From contig JAFTOI010000019.1 of assembly GCA_017463865.1 (NCBI GenBank), forward strand, positions 10,117 through 74,116: 64,000 bases of DNA, written 5' to 3'. Numbering within the stretch: position 1 is the first letter of the stretch; every line of letters begins with the position of its first letter. This stretch comes from Clostridia bacterium. GTDB taxonomy: Bacteria; Bacillota; Clostridia; Oscillospirales; CAG-272. The notes under the pieces were generated by a model that did no database searches, was not told where the DNA came from, and saw only the letters and a program-made list of their open reading frames with translations. The position numbers and the translations under genes are program-made. Below, one piece after another: positions 29,715 to 37,958 of this stretch.

Positions 29715-30158
29715 TTAAGTAATTAAATTGAGTATTTCGCTGATATCCTTGCTTTGGTCGGTGAGCACCGCGATGGTCAGTTTCCGCATCTTGTCGGCGA
29801 TGTCGGCCGAGATCTGCCGGAAGACCTGATGATAGACACAATGCACCTTGCAGCTGCCGTTGCGGCTGCAGATGTATCCGTCATCGGCACATTTGGAGAT
29901 CTCGAGCGGCCCGTCAATCTGCTCGATGATCTCGAGCATGCTGAGGTCTTGCGGGTCGCGCAGAAGAATGTATCCGCCCTTGGCGCCGGTATAGGATCGA
30001 ACCACCCCGGCCTGAAGCAGCTTGCGCAGGATCTTATGCGCAAATCGCTCGGGAACGCCGGTACGATCGGCGATCTCCGCGGCACCGCAGATGGCATCGG
30101 ATACGGCAAGCAAGCTGACAATTCGCAGCGCATAGTCGGCCTCCTGCGTAATGCGCAT
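29715..30158 (-). CDS. Rrf2-family transcriptional regulator
   Basis: MRITQEADYALRIVSLLA..., a wHTH, and Cys residues (CADDGYICSRNGSCKVHC) consistent with an Fe-S-binding Rrf2 regulator. Confidence 0.85.
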   Translation of the reverse strand: MRITQEADYALRIVSLLAVSDAICGAAEIADRTGVPERFAHKILRKLLQAGVVRSYTGAKGGYILLRDPQDLSMLEIIEQIDGPLEISKCADDGYICSRNGSCKVHCVYHQVFRQISADIADKMRKLTIAVLTDQSKDISEILNLIT

Positions 30159-30183
30159 TGCTCCTGCCTCCATCTTTTTAAGT

Positions 30184-30234
30184 TGTACTTAATTGGTACA
30201 CATTTATTATACACACAACAGGCCGTTTTGTCAA
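30184..30234 (-). promoter_or_regulatory. Consensus sigma-A promoter plus palindromic candidate operator for the Rrf2-rubrerythrin operon
   Basis: On the minus strand: TTGACA (30234-30229), 17 nt, then TATAAT (30211-30206). This is immediately followed by the inverted repeat TGTAC-N7-GTACA (30184-30200). Confidence 0.55.
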
Positions 30235-30262
30235 GGGGGTTTTGAAAATATTTTTCAGTTTT

Positions 30263-32518
30263 TCAGTTCAGAGGCAGGTGGTATTCACTGGTCAGCCGGA
30301 TCACATAATCGGGCTTGATCTCCTGCAGCTGCGCATCGGTCAGGGTGAGGTCGCCCTCGGCCAGGACATAGGTGCGGGAGAAATGCTCGGTCAGGTATGG
30401 CAGGAGCTGAGTGCCGTAGGCGTCGCGCAGGATGATGGCGACGGGCAGGCTCTCGTCCCGGTGGGAATAGAGGCACGCCTCCTGCACGCCGGGCGTCTGT
30501 CCGCCATCCACTGCGGTGACGGTGGTATTTGTTTGATTTGGGGTCAGCACGGTGACCTGCTCGGTGATACTCGCGCCGTCGAGGCCGAGGGCCGTAATCA
30601 GGTCGCCGCCCGGCCAGATCTCGGTGCTTTGCTGATAGTCACTGCGGTGGAGGGGTGTGAGACGGGGATTGACCTCGGCCAGCACATTCATCAGTGCACG
30701 GTAGGCGCTGAACGCGCCCAGCGGCGTCAGGCCGGAGTCTGTCTGTCGGTGCTGCAGACCGGCGCTGCGCGCGGTGCGCAGCGGCAGGGTCAGATCCATG
30801 ACGCTGATGCGGGTATAGGCGCGCAGGGCGTCGCTGAGTTGGGCAATACGGGGAATGTGGGTATACTGCGGCGTATCCTCCCCCAGCAGTTCGGTGTAGA
30901 CATCGAGCTTGTCGGGGATATAGGCATAGATCATCTGCGTCGGCTTGCCGGTCAGGCGCGAGACGGCTTCAGCCTCTTCGACAAAACGGGTACTGATCCG
31001 GCGCAGCTGCTGGCGGGTATAGACCCCGGCGTATGCACTGTTGGCGCTGTCGGCGCGGAAGAGCATCGACTGCTCACCGACCTCTACCCGCACGCTGGTG
31101 TCGGTGGGGTCTCGGGTGAGCTGTATCGTCTCTGGGGCACTTTCCTGCTTGTCGCGCACCTGTGCGGTCAGGGTAACGGCTGCGGCATTCACATCCGAAT
31201 CGAAGACGGCCTCGATGATGAAGCGCTCGCCCTGCGGCTCGACGGTCGTCTCGCGGATGCCGTCGCCGGTAAGGGAGATGGTACTTCCCTCCTCGCAGCG
31301 GCCGACGATGCAGATGCTGTCGGCCCCGTTCTGCGCGGTGCCGAGGACGATAGGCGTCATGGCACTGAAGGGGTCGTCGCCCGGGTTCAGGCCGTCGTTA
31401 TAGGAGAACATGATCGTCTCATCCAACAGCTGATCGAGCTCACTCTCGTGGATGAACTGGACTGCGGCGGCCGGCGAGAGATAATCGACCGCCATCTGGC
31501 TGTAGGCAGGATTGGTCTTATAGGCCGCGACGCCGAAGGTGTTGGAGAAATAAGGCATGAACAGGATCTTGTCCCAGTCCTCGCTGAACTCCAGCAGAAT
31601 GGCGGGGCGATTGGAGATCTCGTCTTTATAGTCGGTCTTGACGTAGGTGATCTCCATACCGGCGATGCGCTCGAGCACCTGATATTTGAGCACAGTATCG
31701 TTGGAGAGGGAGAGCGTGCGGTTTTTGATCAGCTCCTCGACGCCGGCCGCGCGGGCCAGCGCTTTCCCGGCAGTGTAGCGGGTAAAGATCGACACGTCGT
31801 TGAGCGGTGTCACCTTTTCGGTGATCTTTTCCGGGAGTGCCTCAAGCACGGCGCGGTAGACGGCGTAGGCGCCGAAGGCGTTGAGCGAATCCTCGGTGTT
31901 GTTGTAGACCTGTCCCTTGGCCTTGGCTTGGAGAAGGCAGTCGGTCAGGTCGAGGAAGGCGACATCGCTGTTGGCGGCCAGGTAGTCGCCCAGCTGCATC
32001 AGGCGCGTTTTGCCTACCGCTTCGCCGAGCCGCCATGGCAGGTTTTCACGATAGACGGTCTGCACGCTGGGGATCACGGCGAGCACATACGCGGTGTCCT
32101 GGTTGGCATAGGCAATGCTGCGCTTGGCCAGCGATTTCGCAATGCGGTCAAGGGTCTCGTCATCATAGGCCGCGTTGCCGGCGTAGTCCTCGAGATAGTC
32201 GTAGGCCGTATAGCCCGACGATGCTGTCAGCGGGAAAAGAAACTCATCCTGCCCGACGATGACCGAACGGTCGGCGACCTGATCGAAGATGCGGTAATCG
32301 TTCGCGGTCATCCATTCATTCAGGGTGGCGTCGAGGTAAAATCCCCGGTCGAAGGGGGTAAGGGTATCCGGCAGAGCCGCCTCGTCGCGGTAGGGCGCGT
32401 CGACATAGCTGTCGGGTGAGGCGATCAGTGCGGTGAGGCCGAAATAGGTGGTGCAGCTGAGCACGACGGCGATAAAGATCACCGTCGTCAGCAGCGGCAT
32501 GGTGCGGGGATTGTTCAT
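30263..32518 (-). CDS. Membrane-anchored tandem-duplicated AlgX/AlgJ/DHHW-like (SGNH-fold) protein, MBOAT partner
   Basis: 751 aa from MNNPRTMPLLTTVIFIAVVL (TM anchor; RBS GGAGAAAGG). The two halves have the same motif order, for example ...FLDLT...NNTEDSLNAFGAYAVYRAV... and ...VMDLT...RQTDSGLTPLGAFSAYRAL.... It is adjacent to the MBOAT gene. Confidence 0.6.
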   Translation of the reverse strand: MNNPRTMPLLTTVIFIAVVLSCTTYFGLTALIASPDSYVDAPYRDEAALPDTLTPFDRGFYLDATLNEWMTANDYRIFDQVADRSVIVGQDEFLFPLTASSGYTAYDYLEDYAGNAAYDDETLDRIAKSLAKRSIAYANQDTAYVLAVIPSVQTVYRENLPWRLGEAVGKTRLMQLGDYLAANSDVAFLDLTDCLLQAKAKGQVYNNTEDSLNAFGAYAVYRAVLEALPEKITEKVTPLNDVSIFTRYTAGKALARAAGVEELIKNRTLSLSNDTVLKYQVLERIAGMEITYVKTDYKDEISNRPAILLEFSEDWDKILFMPYFSNTFGVAAYKTNPAYSQMAVDYLSPAAAVQFIHESELDQLLDETIMFSYNDGLNPGDDPFSAMTPIVLGTAQNGADSICIVGRCEEGSTISLTGDGIRETTVEPQGERFIIEAVFDSDVNAAAVTLTAQVRDKQESAPETIQLTRDPTDTSVRVEVGEQSMLFRADSANSAYAGVYTRQQLRRISTRFVEEAEAVSRLTGKPTQMIYAYIPDKLDVYTELLGEDTPQYTHIPRIAQLSDALRAYTRISVMDLTLPLRTARSAGLQHRQTDSGLTPLGAFSAYRALMNVLAEVNPRLTPLHRSDYQQSTEIWPGGDLITALGLDGASITEQVTVLTPNQTNTTVTAVDGGQTPGVQEACLYSHRDESLPVAIILRDAYGTQLLPYLTEHFSRTYVLAEGDLTLTDAQLQEIKPDYVIRLTSEYHLPLN

Positions 32519-32546
32519 CGCAGCCGCCTTTCTCCCCGGTGTGGGG

Positions 32547-33962
32547 TCAGAATACCACATGCGCAAACGCGGAGATCGCGTACTGCGGGAACTGCGGCAG
32601 GAAATGGAGGATGGAAAAAGCGAAGCAGATCATCACGCCGGCAAGCGCGGCGGCGCGGATGACGATGCTGATGGGGCGCGGCAGCGCCTGGATGCGCTGC
32701 TCGGCCTCCGGCCGGAGCGGAAGGAAGCAGAGCAGGCCGACCACGCCGACGATAAGATAGCCGAGGTGAGACAGCACAGCATACATCGCATAGGGGATCT
32801 CGAGGGTGGCGCTCTCAAGCGTCTTGCGGATCAGATCAGCGCCGGTTTTCGCGTCATCGAGAGACACCGTGAACCAGAACCCCACGAAGCATGCCAGAAA
32901 CAAGAGCCAATAACACGCACGGCCGACGGCAAGCCTGAGCTTGCCTGGCTCCCGGTGGCGGCAGGATTCGCGCAGGATGTGGGTGCAGCGCCAAAGCAGG
33001 ACGGGCAGGATCGGCAGAAGGATATACAGCCTGGACTTGACCCAGATCGCCGGCACGAGGCAGATCACGAAGGCCGCCAGGACGCGCCGGGTGCGGCTGG
33101 AGAGGAACTGTACGCGCAGAATGGGGTAGACAAGATAGTCCTCAACCCAGCGGTTGAGGCTGACGAAGAAGCGGCGGGGGAAATCGGCGGGCGTGCGGCT
33201 GAGGGGGGTGAGCTGGAAATCAGCGGCACTCGGGATGCCCAGCATATACATCAGGCCGCGCGCCATGTCGGAATAGCCGGTCAGGGCAAACCAGGCCTGC
33301 GCGCAGAGCATCAGCACGTTCAGCAGAATGATCGGGATGCTGTACGCCGCCTCCCCCACCTCTGCGGTTCTCGCGAGAATATAGTCCAGAACAGCCGCGA
33401 TCGCGATGTGCTTGAGGAAGCCGGCGATATAGAGCTTGACCCCCTCGGCAAAATTCTCGAGGCTGAAGTCGATTTTCTCGAGCATTGCCCCGAAATCCTT
33501 ATACCGGATGATCGGCCCAACGATCAGTGTGGGGAAAAAAAGCATATAGATCAACAGGTCAGCGATATTTTTTGCATGCGGTGCGTCATTGCGGTAGATA
33601 TCAATCAAATAGGAGATGGCCGCCAGCAGATAAATAGCTGCGCCGAGCGGAAAATAGGACGAGCCGGACGCATAGTCGTATGCGCCTCGGTAAATGGCGA
33701 AAGCAATCAGATCGACGGCGATGGCGGCCAGAAGCGTGCTGCGCCGGTGCGTGACCGCAATGACAAAGCCCGCGCTGTAGGTGAAGGCCGAGGTCAGGAG
33801 GGCCAGCAGGATACTCTCGGGCGTGTGCCAAACGGCGATCACATAGTAGGCGAGATTGAAGAGCAGGATGGCGTAACGCCGATAATGCCGGGGAATGAGG
33901 GCGTAGATGGCCATCACCGCCGGCAGGAACAGAAACAGAAAGGAGGGCGCGGTAAAGAGCAT
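32547..33962 (-). CDS. MBOAT-family O-acyltransferase (AlgI/DltB-like)
   Basis: About 471 aa polytopic protein with an N-terminus MLFTAPSFLFLFLP typical of AlgI/DltB. A conserved His region is likely present. The start at 33962 has an RBS GAGGA. The track ORF extends to 34025. Confidence 0.85.
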   Translation of the reverse strand: MLFTAPSFLFLFLPAVMAIYALIPRHYRRYAILLFNLAYYVIAVWHTPESILLALLTSAFTYSAGFVIAVTHRRSTLLAAIAVDLIAFAIYRGAYDYASGSSYFPLGAAIYLLAAISYLIDIYRNDAPHAKNIADLLIYMLFFPTLIVGPIIRYKDFGAMLEKIDFSLENFAEGVKLYIAGFLKHIAIAAVLDYILARTAEVGEAAYSIPIILLNVLMLCAQAWFALTGYSDMARGLMYMLGIPSAADFQLTPLSRTPADFPRRFFVSLNRWVEDYLVYPILRVQFLSSRTRRVLAAFVICLVPAIWVKSRLYILLPILPVLLWRCTHILRESCRHREPGKLRLAVGRACYWLLFLACFVGFWFTVSLDDAKTGADLIRKTLESATLEIPYAMYAVLSHLGYLIVGVVGLLCFLPLRPEAEQRIQALPRPISIVIRAAALAGVMICFAFSILHFLPQFPQYAISAFAHVVF

Positions 33963-33993
33963 GGCAAATATCCTCATTTGGAAGATTATATTT

Positions 33994-34022
33994 ATTGTAG
34001 CACAACTTTGTGACAATGTCAA
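33994..34022 (-). promoter_or_regulatory. Sigma-A promoter of the MBOAT operon with overlapping palindrome
   Basis: On the minus strand: TTGACA (34022-34017), 17 nt, then TACAAT (33999-33994). The palindrome TGACAATGTCA (34011-34021) overlaps the -35. Confidence 0.5.
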
Positions 34023-34070
34023 CAACAGATGATGAACGAAAAATTATTATCGTTTTTCGATAAATTATTA

Positions 34071-34099
34071 TTGACAAATAGAATATCCTGTGCTATACT
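34071..34099 (+). promoter_or_regulatory. Sigma-A promoter of the DUF2975-HTH operon
   Basis: TTGACA (34071-34076), 17 nt, then TATACT (34094-34099). Confidence 0.6.
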
Positions 34100-34127
34100 A
34101 ATGCCAACAAATCCAATTGTGAAAGGA

Positions 34128-34628
34128 ATGTGTGCCATGCTTCCCTCTCTTCCCCGCGTCAGCCGACGCGCATCGACCATGCTGTCTTACGCGCTCTCGC
34201 TCATCACGCTGCCCATTCTCGTCGTCATCACCATCTTGCTGCCCCGCATCCTGCGGCTTTATGTGCAGGTGGTCTACACGCCCGAGATGGCGGCCAGCCC
34301 GAATCTGATGGAGCGGATCCCCGTCACGCTCTGGATCGTCATCTATGTCGGCGTGGCCATCGCTTATCTGGCCGACGGCGCGATGCTCGTTCTGCTTGGC
34401 CGCGTGCGGCACGAGCAGGTCTTCACCGACCGCAGTGTGGCCTGCCTTCGTATCCTGTCATGGTGCTGCATCGGCGAGGCGGTCTGCTTCTTCTACGTCG
34501 GCTTTTATTTCCGCTTCTCGTTTGCCGTTTCGTTCGCGGCCTTCTTCATCGGCGCCGCTCTGCGCGTGGTGAAGAATGTGGTCGAGGAGGCCACTGCCAT
34601 CAAGGCCGAGAACGATTTCACGATCTGA
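34128..34628 (+). CDS. DUF2975-family membrane protein
   Basis: Four TM segments and a C-terminal ...IKAENDFTI typical of DUF2975. It sits next to a YozG-type HTH. The start is 34128 or 34137, because the promoter at 34071-34099 excludes the track start at 34029. Confidence 0.7.
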   Translation: MCAMLPSLPRVSRRASTMLSYALSLITLPILVVITILLPRILRLYVQVVYTPEMAASPNLMERIPVTLWIVIYVGVAIAYLADGAMLVLLGRVRHEQVFTDRSVACLRILSWCCIGEAVCFFYVGFYFRFSFAVSFAAFFIGAALRVVKNVVEEATAIKAENDFTI

Positions 34629-34640
34629 GGAGGTGGCGAA

Positions 34641-34850
34641 ATGATCGTTGTCAATTTGGACGTGATGATGGCCCGCCGGAAGATTTCCCTCGGTGAGCTG
34701 GCTGAGCGGGTGGGAATCACGCAGGCGAATCTGTCGATCCTCAAAACCGGCAAGGCTAAGGCCATCCGCTTCTCAACCCTCGAGGCTATCTGCGCCGCGC
34801 TCGACTGCCAGCCGGCGGATATTCTCGAGTTTGTGCCGGATAAGGAATAG
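34641..34850 (+). CDS. YozG-like small HTH (Cro/C1 type) transcriptional regulator
   Basis: 69 aa: MIVVNLDVMMARRKISLGELAERVGITQANLSILKTGKAKAIRFSTLEAICAALDCQPADILEF. Confidence 0.85.
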   Translation: MIVVNLDVMMARRKISLGELAERVGITQANLSILKTGKAKAIRFSTLEAICAALDCQPADILEFVPDKE

Positions 34851-34860
34851 GAGGAAAATC

Positions 34861-35172
34861 ATGTGGAATGAACTGCCCATCTTTGTCGTGCTTGTGCTCG
34901 TTTGCAGCCTGCTTTACTGGCTGACCGCACTGATCCCCGCGCGGAACCGCACCAGATCTGGCTGCTTTCTCGTTTGCGCCGGATGGATCACCGCCTCTGC
35001 GCTGACCTATGTCGTCTGGCAGCTCTTTCTTCTGCCCGGTGCGCCCTTTGGGCGGAATTGGGGACTTGGGGGCGCGTATCTCTTCCTCGCAGTCTATCCG
35101 GCCTCGCTTTTGCTGGCATGGATCACCGTCAGCCTGATCAATCGTTTACGAAAGGAGTCCCATCATGACTGA
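34861..35172 (+). CDS. Small hypothetical membrane protein (103 aa, 3 TM)
   Basis: The ATG at 34861 is preceded by TAGGAGGAAAATC. It has three hydrophobic segments. The track ORF is over-extended from 34693. Confidence 0.55.
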   Translation: MWNELPIFVVLVLVCSLLYWLTALIPARNRTRSGCFLVCAGWITASALTYVVWQLFLLPGAPFGRNWGLGGAYLFLAVYPASLLLAWITVSLINRLRKESHHD

Positions 35173-36772
35173 GACCGCAAATCTGCCCCTCGAGCGCCAG
35201 CCGCGCGACATCCGCCCAGCCGACCGTGTCGCCGTGCCGGCCGTCTACCTGCTCGCCTTCGGCTTCATCTACAGCTTCCTTGAATCGGCCACCGTCGGCA
35301 GCTGGGCAGCGCTGACGGCACTGCTCATCGCTACGCCGCTCTATCTGCGCCGTTTCGACATCCGCCTTTCCCTGCCCGCCTACCTGTTGTATGCCCTGCT
35401 CCCCCTTTTCGCTCTGCCGCAGCTGCTCTCGGACAACAGCGCCGTCTATGCGGTGTCGATGGCGGCAACGCTGTTCGGTTACCTATACGTCGTGCACTAC
35501 CTCTGCGCCGGGTTTGGGCGCGCTCGCTTGCCGGGCGAGGCGATTCTGCTTGACGGCGGAAAGGCTGTCTTCGGCATGCCGCTGTCCGAGTTCGGTGCGG
35601 CGCCGGCCGCGCTGGCACAAATCAAAGGCAAACGCGTCGGGCGCACAGTCGGGCTCATCCTCGCCGGGCTTGCGCTTGCGCTGATCCCGACGCTGATCGT
35701 CACTGTCCTGCTGGCCTCTGCCGACGACGGGTTCAGTGACCTCATCGACGATATCTTCAGCCACGCGCTCCCCGATTTTGATGCTCCGCTTCTCCTCGTT
35801 TCGCTCTTCTTCGCCATTCCGCTCTGCTGCTACGTCTTTGGCCATCTCTGGGCGTGCGGGACGCACAGCCTCGGCGGCGGGGTCAGCGAGGAGACTTACC
35901 GCAAAAGCGTCACCGTCTGCCGCATCATCCCCATTCCGATGGCCTGCGCCGCTGTTGCGCCGCTGCTGATCGTCTATCTGCTCTTCTTCTCAACGCAGAT
36001 CCCCTATTTTGTCGGCGGCTTCACCGGTACATTGCCCGAGGGCCTGACCTACGCCGCCTACGCCCGCCGCGGCTTCTTCGAGCTGTGTGCCGTCGCGGTC
36101 ATCGACGCGGGGATGCTGGTCTGCCTCAACCTCTTCACGAAGCGCGATACCGATCGTCTGCCCCTCCTGCCCCGCGCAGTGAGCCTGATGCTCTCGCTCT
36201 CCACCCTCATCCTGCTCTCGACCGCGACGGCGAAGATGCTGCTGTATGTCGACACCTACGGCCTATCGCGCAAGCGGGTGTACACGCTCTGGCTGATGGC
36301 CCTGCTGGCGGTGTATTTCGTCATCCAGATCGTGCGGCTGTTCGTGCCGCGCCTGCGCGCGTCGGCGCTGGTCTTTGCGGCGGTAGTGCTGTTCGTCGGG
36401 GTGTTCCTGTTCGCGGATTTTGACCGCATCATTGCGGAGTATAACGTGGATGCGTATCTCTCGGGCGAGATGGAGGCGGTGGATGTGGATATGCTGAGCG
36501 ACATGTCGGCCTCGGCAGTGTCGTCGCTGCTGAGACTGTATGACGAGGCGGACAATACGGGTGTCCGTACTGACGCATACTTTGCAGTTGCCCTTTTTCT
36601 CACCCGCACACAGGGCGACGCGATGGAGGCCTACGGCTACGGCGGCTGGGAATTTAATTTTGCCGAGGCAAGGGCACTAAAGCTGATCCGCTCGCACACA
36701 GATTATGCCCGCTTCATCAACGGACGACAGGAATTTTACGAACGCGCCGAAATCATCAACCCGAACCGATAA
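35165..36772 (+). CDS. Large polytopic membrane protein (DUF4153/DUF4173-like), uncharacterised
   Basis: 535 aa, about 10-12 TM segments, and a soluble C-terminal region of about 110 aa. It overlaps the previous gene by 8 nt. The family name is from memory and is tentative. Confidence 0.6.
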   Translation: MTETANLPLERQPRDIRPADRVAVPAVYLLAFGFIYSFLESATVGSWAALTALLIATPLYLRRFDIRLSLPAYLLYALLPLFALPQLLSDNSAVYAVSMAATLFGYLYVVHYLCAGFGRARLPGEAILLDGGKAVFGMPLSEFGAAPAALAQIKGKRVGRTVGLILAGLALALIPTLIVTVLLASADDGFSDLIDDIFSHALPDFDAPLLLVSLFFAIPLCCYVFGHLWACGTHSLGGGVSEETYRKSVTVCRIIPIPMACAAVAPLLIVYLLFFSTQIPYFVGGFTGTLPEGLTYAAYARRGFFELCAVAVIDAGMLVCLNLFTKRDTDRLPLLPRAVSLMLSLSTLILLSTATAKMLLYVDTYGLSRKRVYTLWLMALLAVYFVIQIVRLFVPRLRASALVFAAVVLFVGVFLFADFDRIIAEYNVDAYLSGEMEAVDVDMLSDMSASAVSSLLRLYDEADNTGVRTDAYFAVALFLTRTQGDAMEAYGYGGWEFNFAEARALKLIRSHTDYARFINGRQEFYERAEIINPNR

Positions 36773-36784
36773 AGGAGATACACC

Positions 36785-37075
36785 ATGTCCGCTTTTCTCA
36801 ACATCACCAGCCTGATCCTCGGTCTGATCGCGTGGGTCATCCCCTTTGCCCTGCTCTGCCGCAGACAGCGGGCAGCCCCCGCCGCCGCGCTGGCGAGCGG
36901 CACCGCTTGTGCCTGTGCAATGCTCCTTCAGCTCAGCGAGATCGGTCACCGCGTCGCGATCAACGATTATGCCGCCATCGCCGACACCATCGGCGCGGTC
37001 GTCCTTGCGGCGGCGGTACTGGTCGCGGTCACGGTCGCGCTGAATGCAGCGGCTTTTCTGATTCGCCGAAAATAA
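36785..37075 (+). CDS. Small hypothetical membrane protein (96 aa, 3 TM)
   Basis: RBS AAAGGAGA. It is hydrophobic throughout and is the last gene before the terminator. Confidence 0.5.
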   Translation: MSAFLNITSLILGLIAWVIPFALLCRRQRAAPAAALASGTACACAMLLQLSEIGHRVAINDYAAIADTIGAVVLAAAVLVAVTVALNAAAFLIRRK

Positions 37076-37080
37076 GAAAA

Positions 37081-37107
37081 GACCGCAGCGGTCAAGCCGC
37101 TGCGGTC
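37081..37107. terminator. Bidirectional rho-independent terminator
   Basis: GACCGCAGCGG-tcaag-CCGCTGCGGTC forms an 11-bp stem. ATCTTTATCTT follows on the plus strand and TTTTCTTATTTT follows on the minus strand. Confidence 0.8.
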
Positions 37108-37116
37108 ATCTTTATC

Positions 37117-37938
37117 TTAGCCAAACATGGCGTGGTCAACTTCGTCGAGGGACGGAAAAACGTAATCGGGCTTCTCGGCGGGGGTAGCTGCGTCGACGTC
37201 GGCAGGCTGGGTCTCGCCTGAGAGGACGAGGACTGCGGTGACGCCGTGCTTCTTGCCGAGCGCGATGTCGGTGTAGAGGCGGTCGCCGAAGATGCACATC
37301 TCGTCGCGGGAGAAACCAGTGGCTTCGCTGATCATCTCAACCGTCTCGGCGTAGGGCTTACCAAAGTAGGTCGGGGTCTTGCCGGTCGAGGCGGTGACAA
37401 AAGCTGCGATTGCGCCGCTGTCCGGGATGAAGCCGGTCTCGGTGGGGCAGTTGAAGTCGGGGTGGGTGGAGAGATACTCTGCACCGCCGCGCACGAGGCG
37501 GCAGGCGTTGTCGAGCTTCTCGTAGGTGAGGGTGGTATCGAAGCTGGTGACGACGATGTCGGCCTTCTCCTCCTTGCCGGTCAGCATGTTGATACCGGCA
37601 GCCTTGAAGTTCTCGACCAGCTCATCGGTGCCGACGAGGTAAACGCTCTTGCCGGCGCGGTGGCGCTTCAGAAACTCGATGGTGACATCGCCCGAGGTCA
37701 TGATCTCGTCAGCGGCGGGAGAGAAGCCGAGCTTGGCCAGCTTGGTCTGGTAGAAGGCGGTGGTGTGGGAGGCATTGTTGGTGAAGAAGAGCACCTTCTT
37801 GCCGTTTGCGCGGAGGTTGTTGATGAAGCGGATGGCATAATCGAAGACGTTGTAGCCGAGATAGATGGTGCCGTCCATGTCAAAGATGAACAGCTTCTTG
37901 TCGCGCAGCAGCGCGCTGTCGGGGTTCGGGAAGTTCAT
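37117..37938 (-). CDS. HAD-IIA family hydrolase (NagD-like sugar phosphatase)
   Basis: The start is MNFPNP...LFIFDMDGTIYLG (DxDGT). FFTNNAS and GDRLYTDI motifs are present. The track ORF is over-extended to 37968. Confidence 0.8.
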   Translation of the reverse strand: MNFPNPDSALLRDKKLFIFDMDGTIYLGYNVFDYAIRFINNLRANGKKVLFFTNNASHTTAFYQTKLAKLGFSPAADEIMTSGDVTIEFLKRHRAGKSVYLVGTDELVENFKAAGINMLTGKEEKADIVVTSFDTTLTYEKLDNACRLVRGGAEYLSTHPDFNCPTETGFIPDSGAIAAFVTASTGKTPTYFGKPYAETVEMISEATGFSRDEMCIFGDRLYTDIALGKKHGVTAVLVLSGETQPADVDAATPAEKPDYVFPSLDEVDHAMFG

Positions 37939-37958
37939 GATTTGTACCTCTCTTAAAA

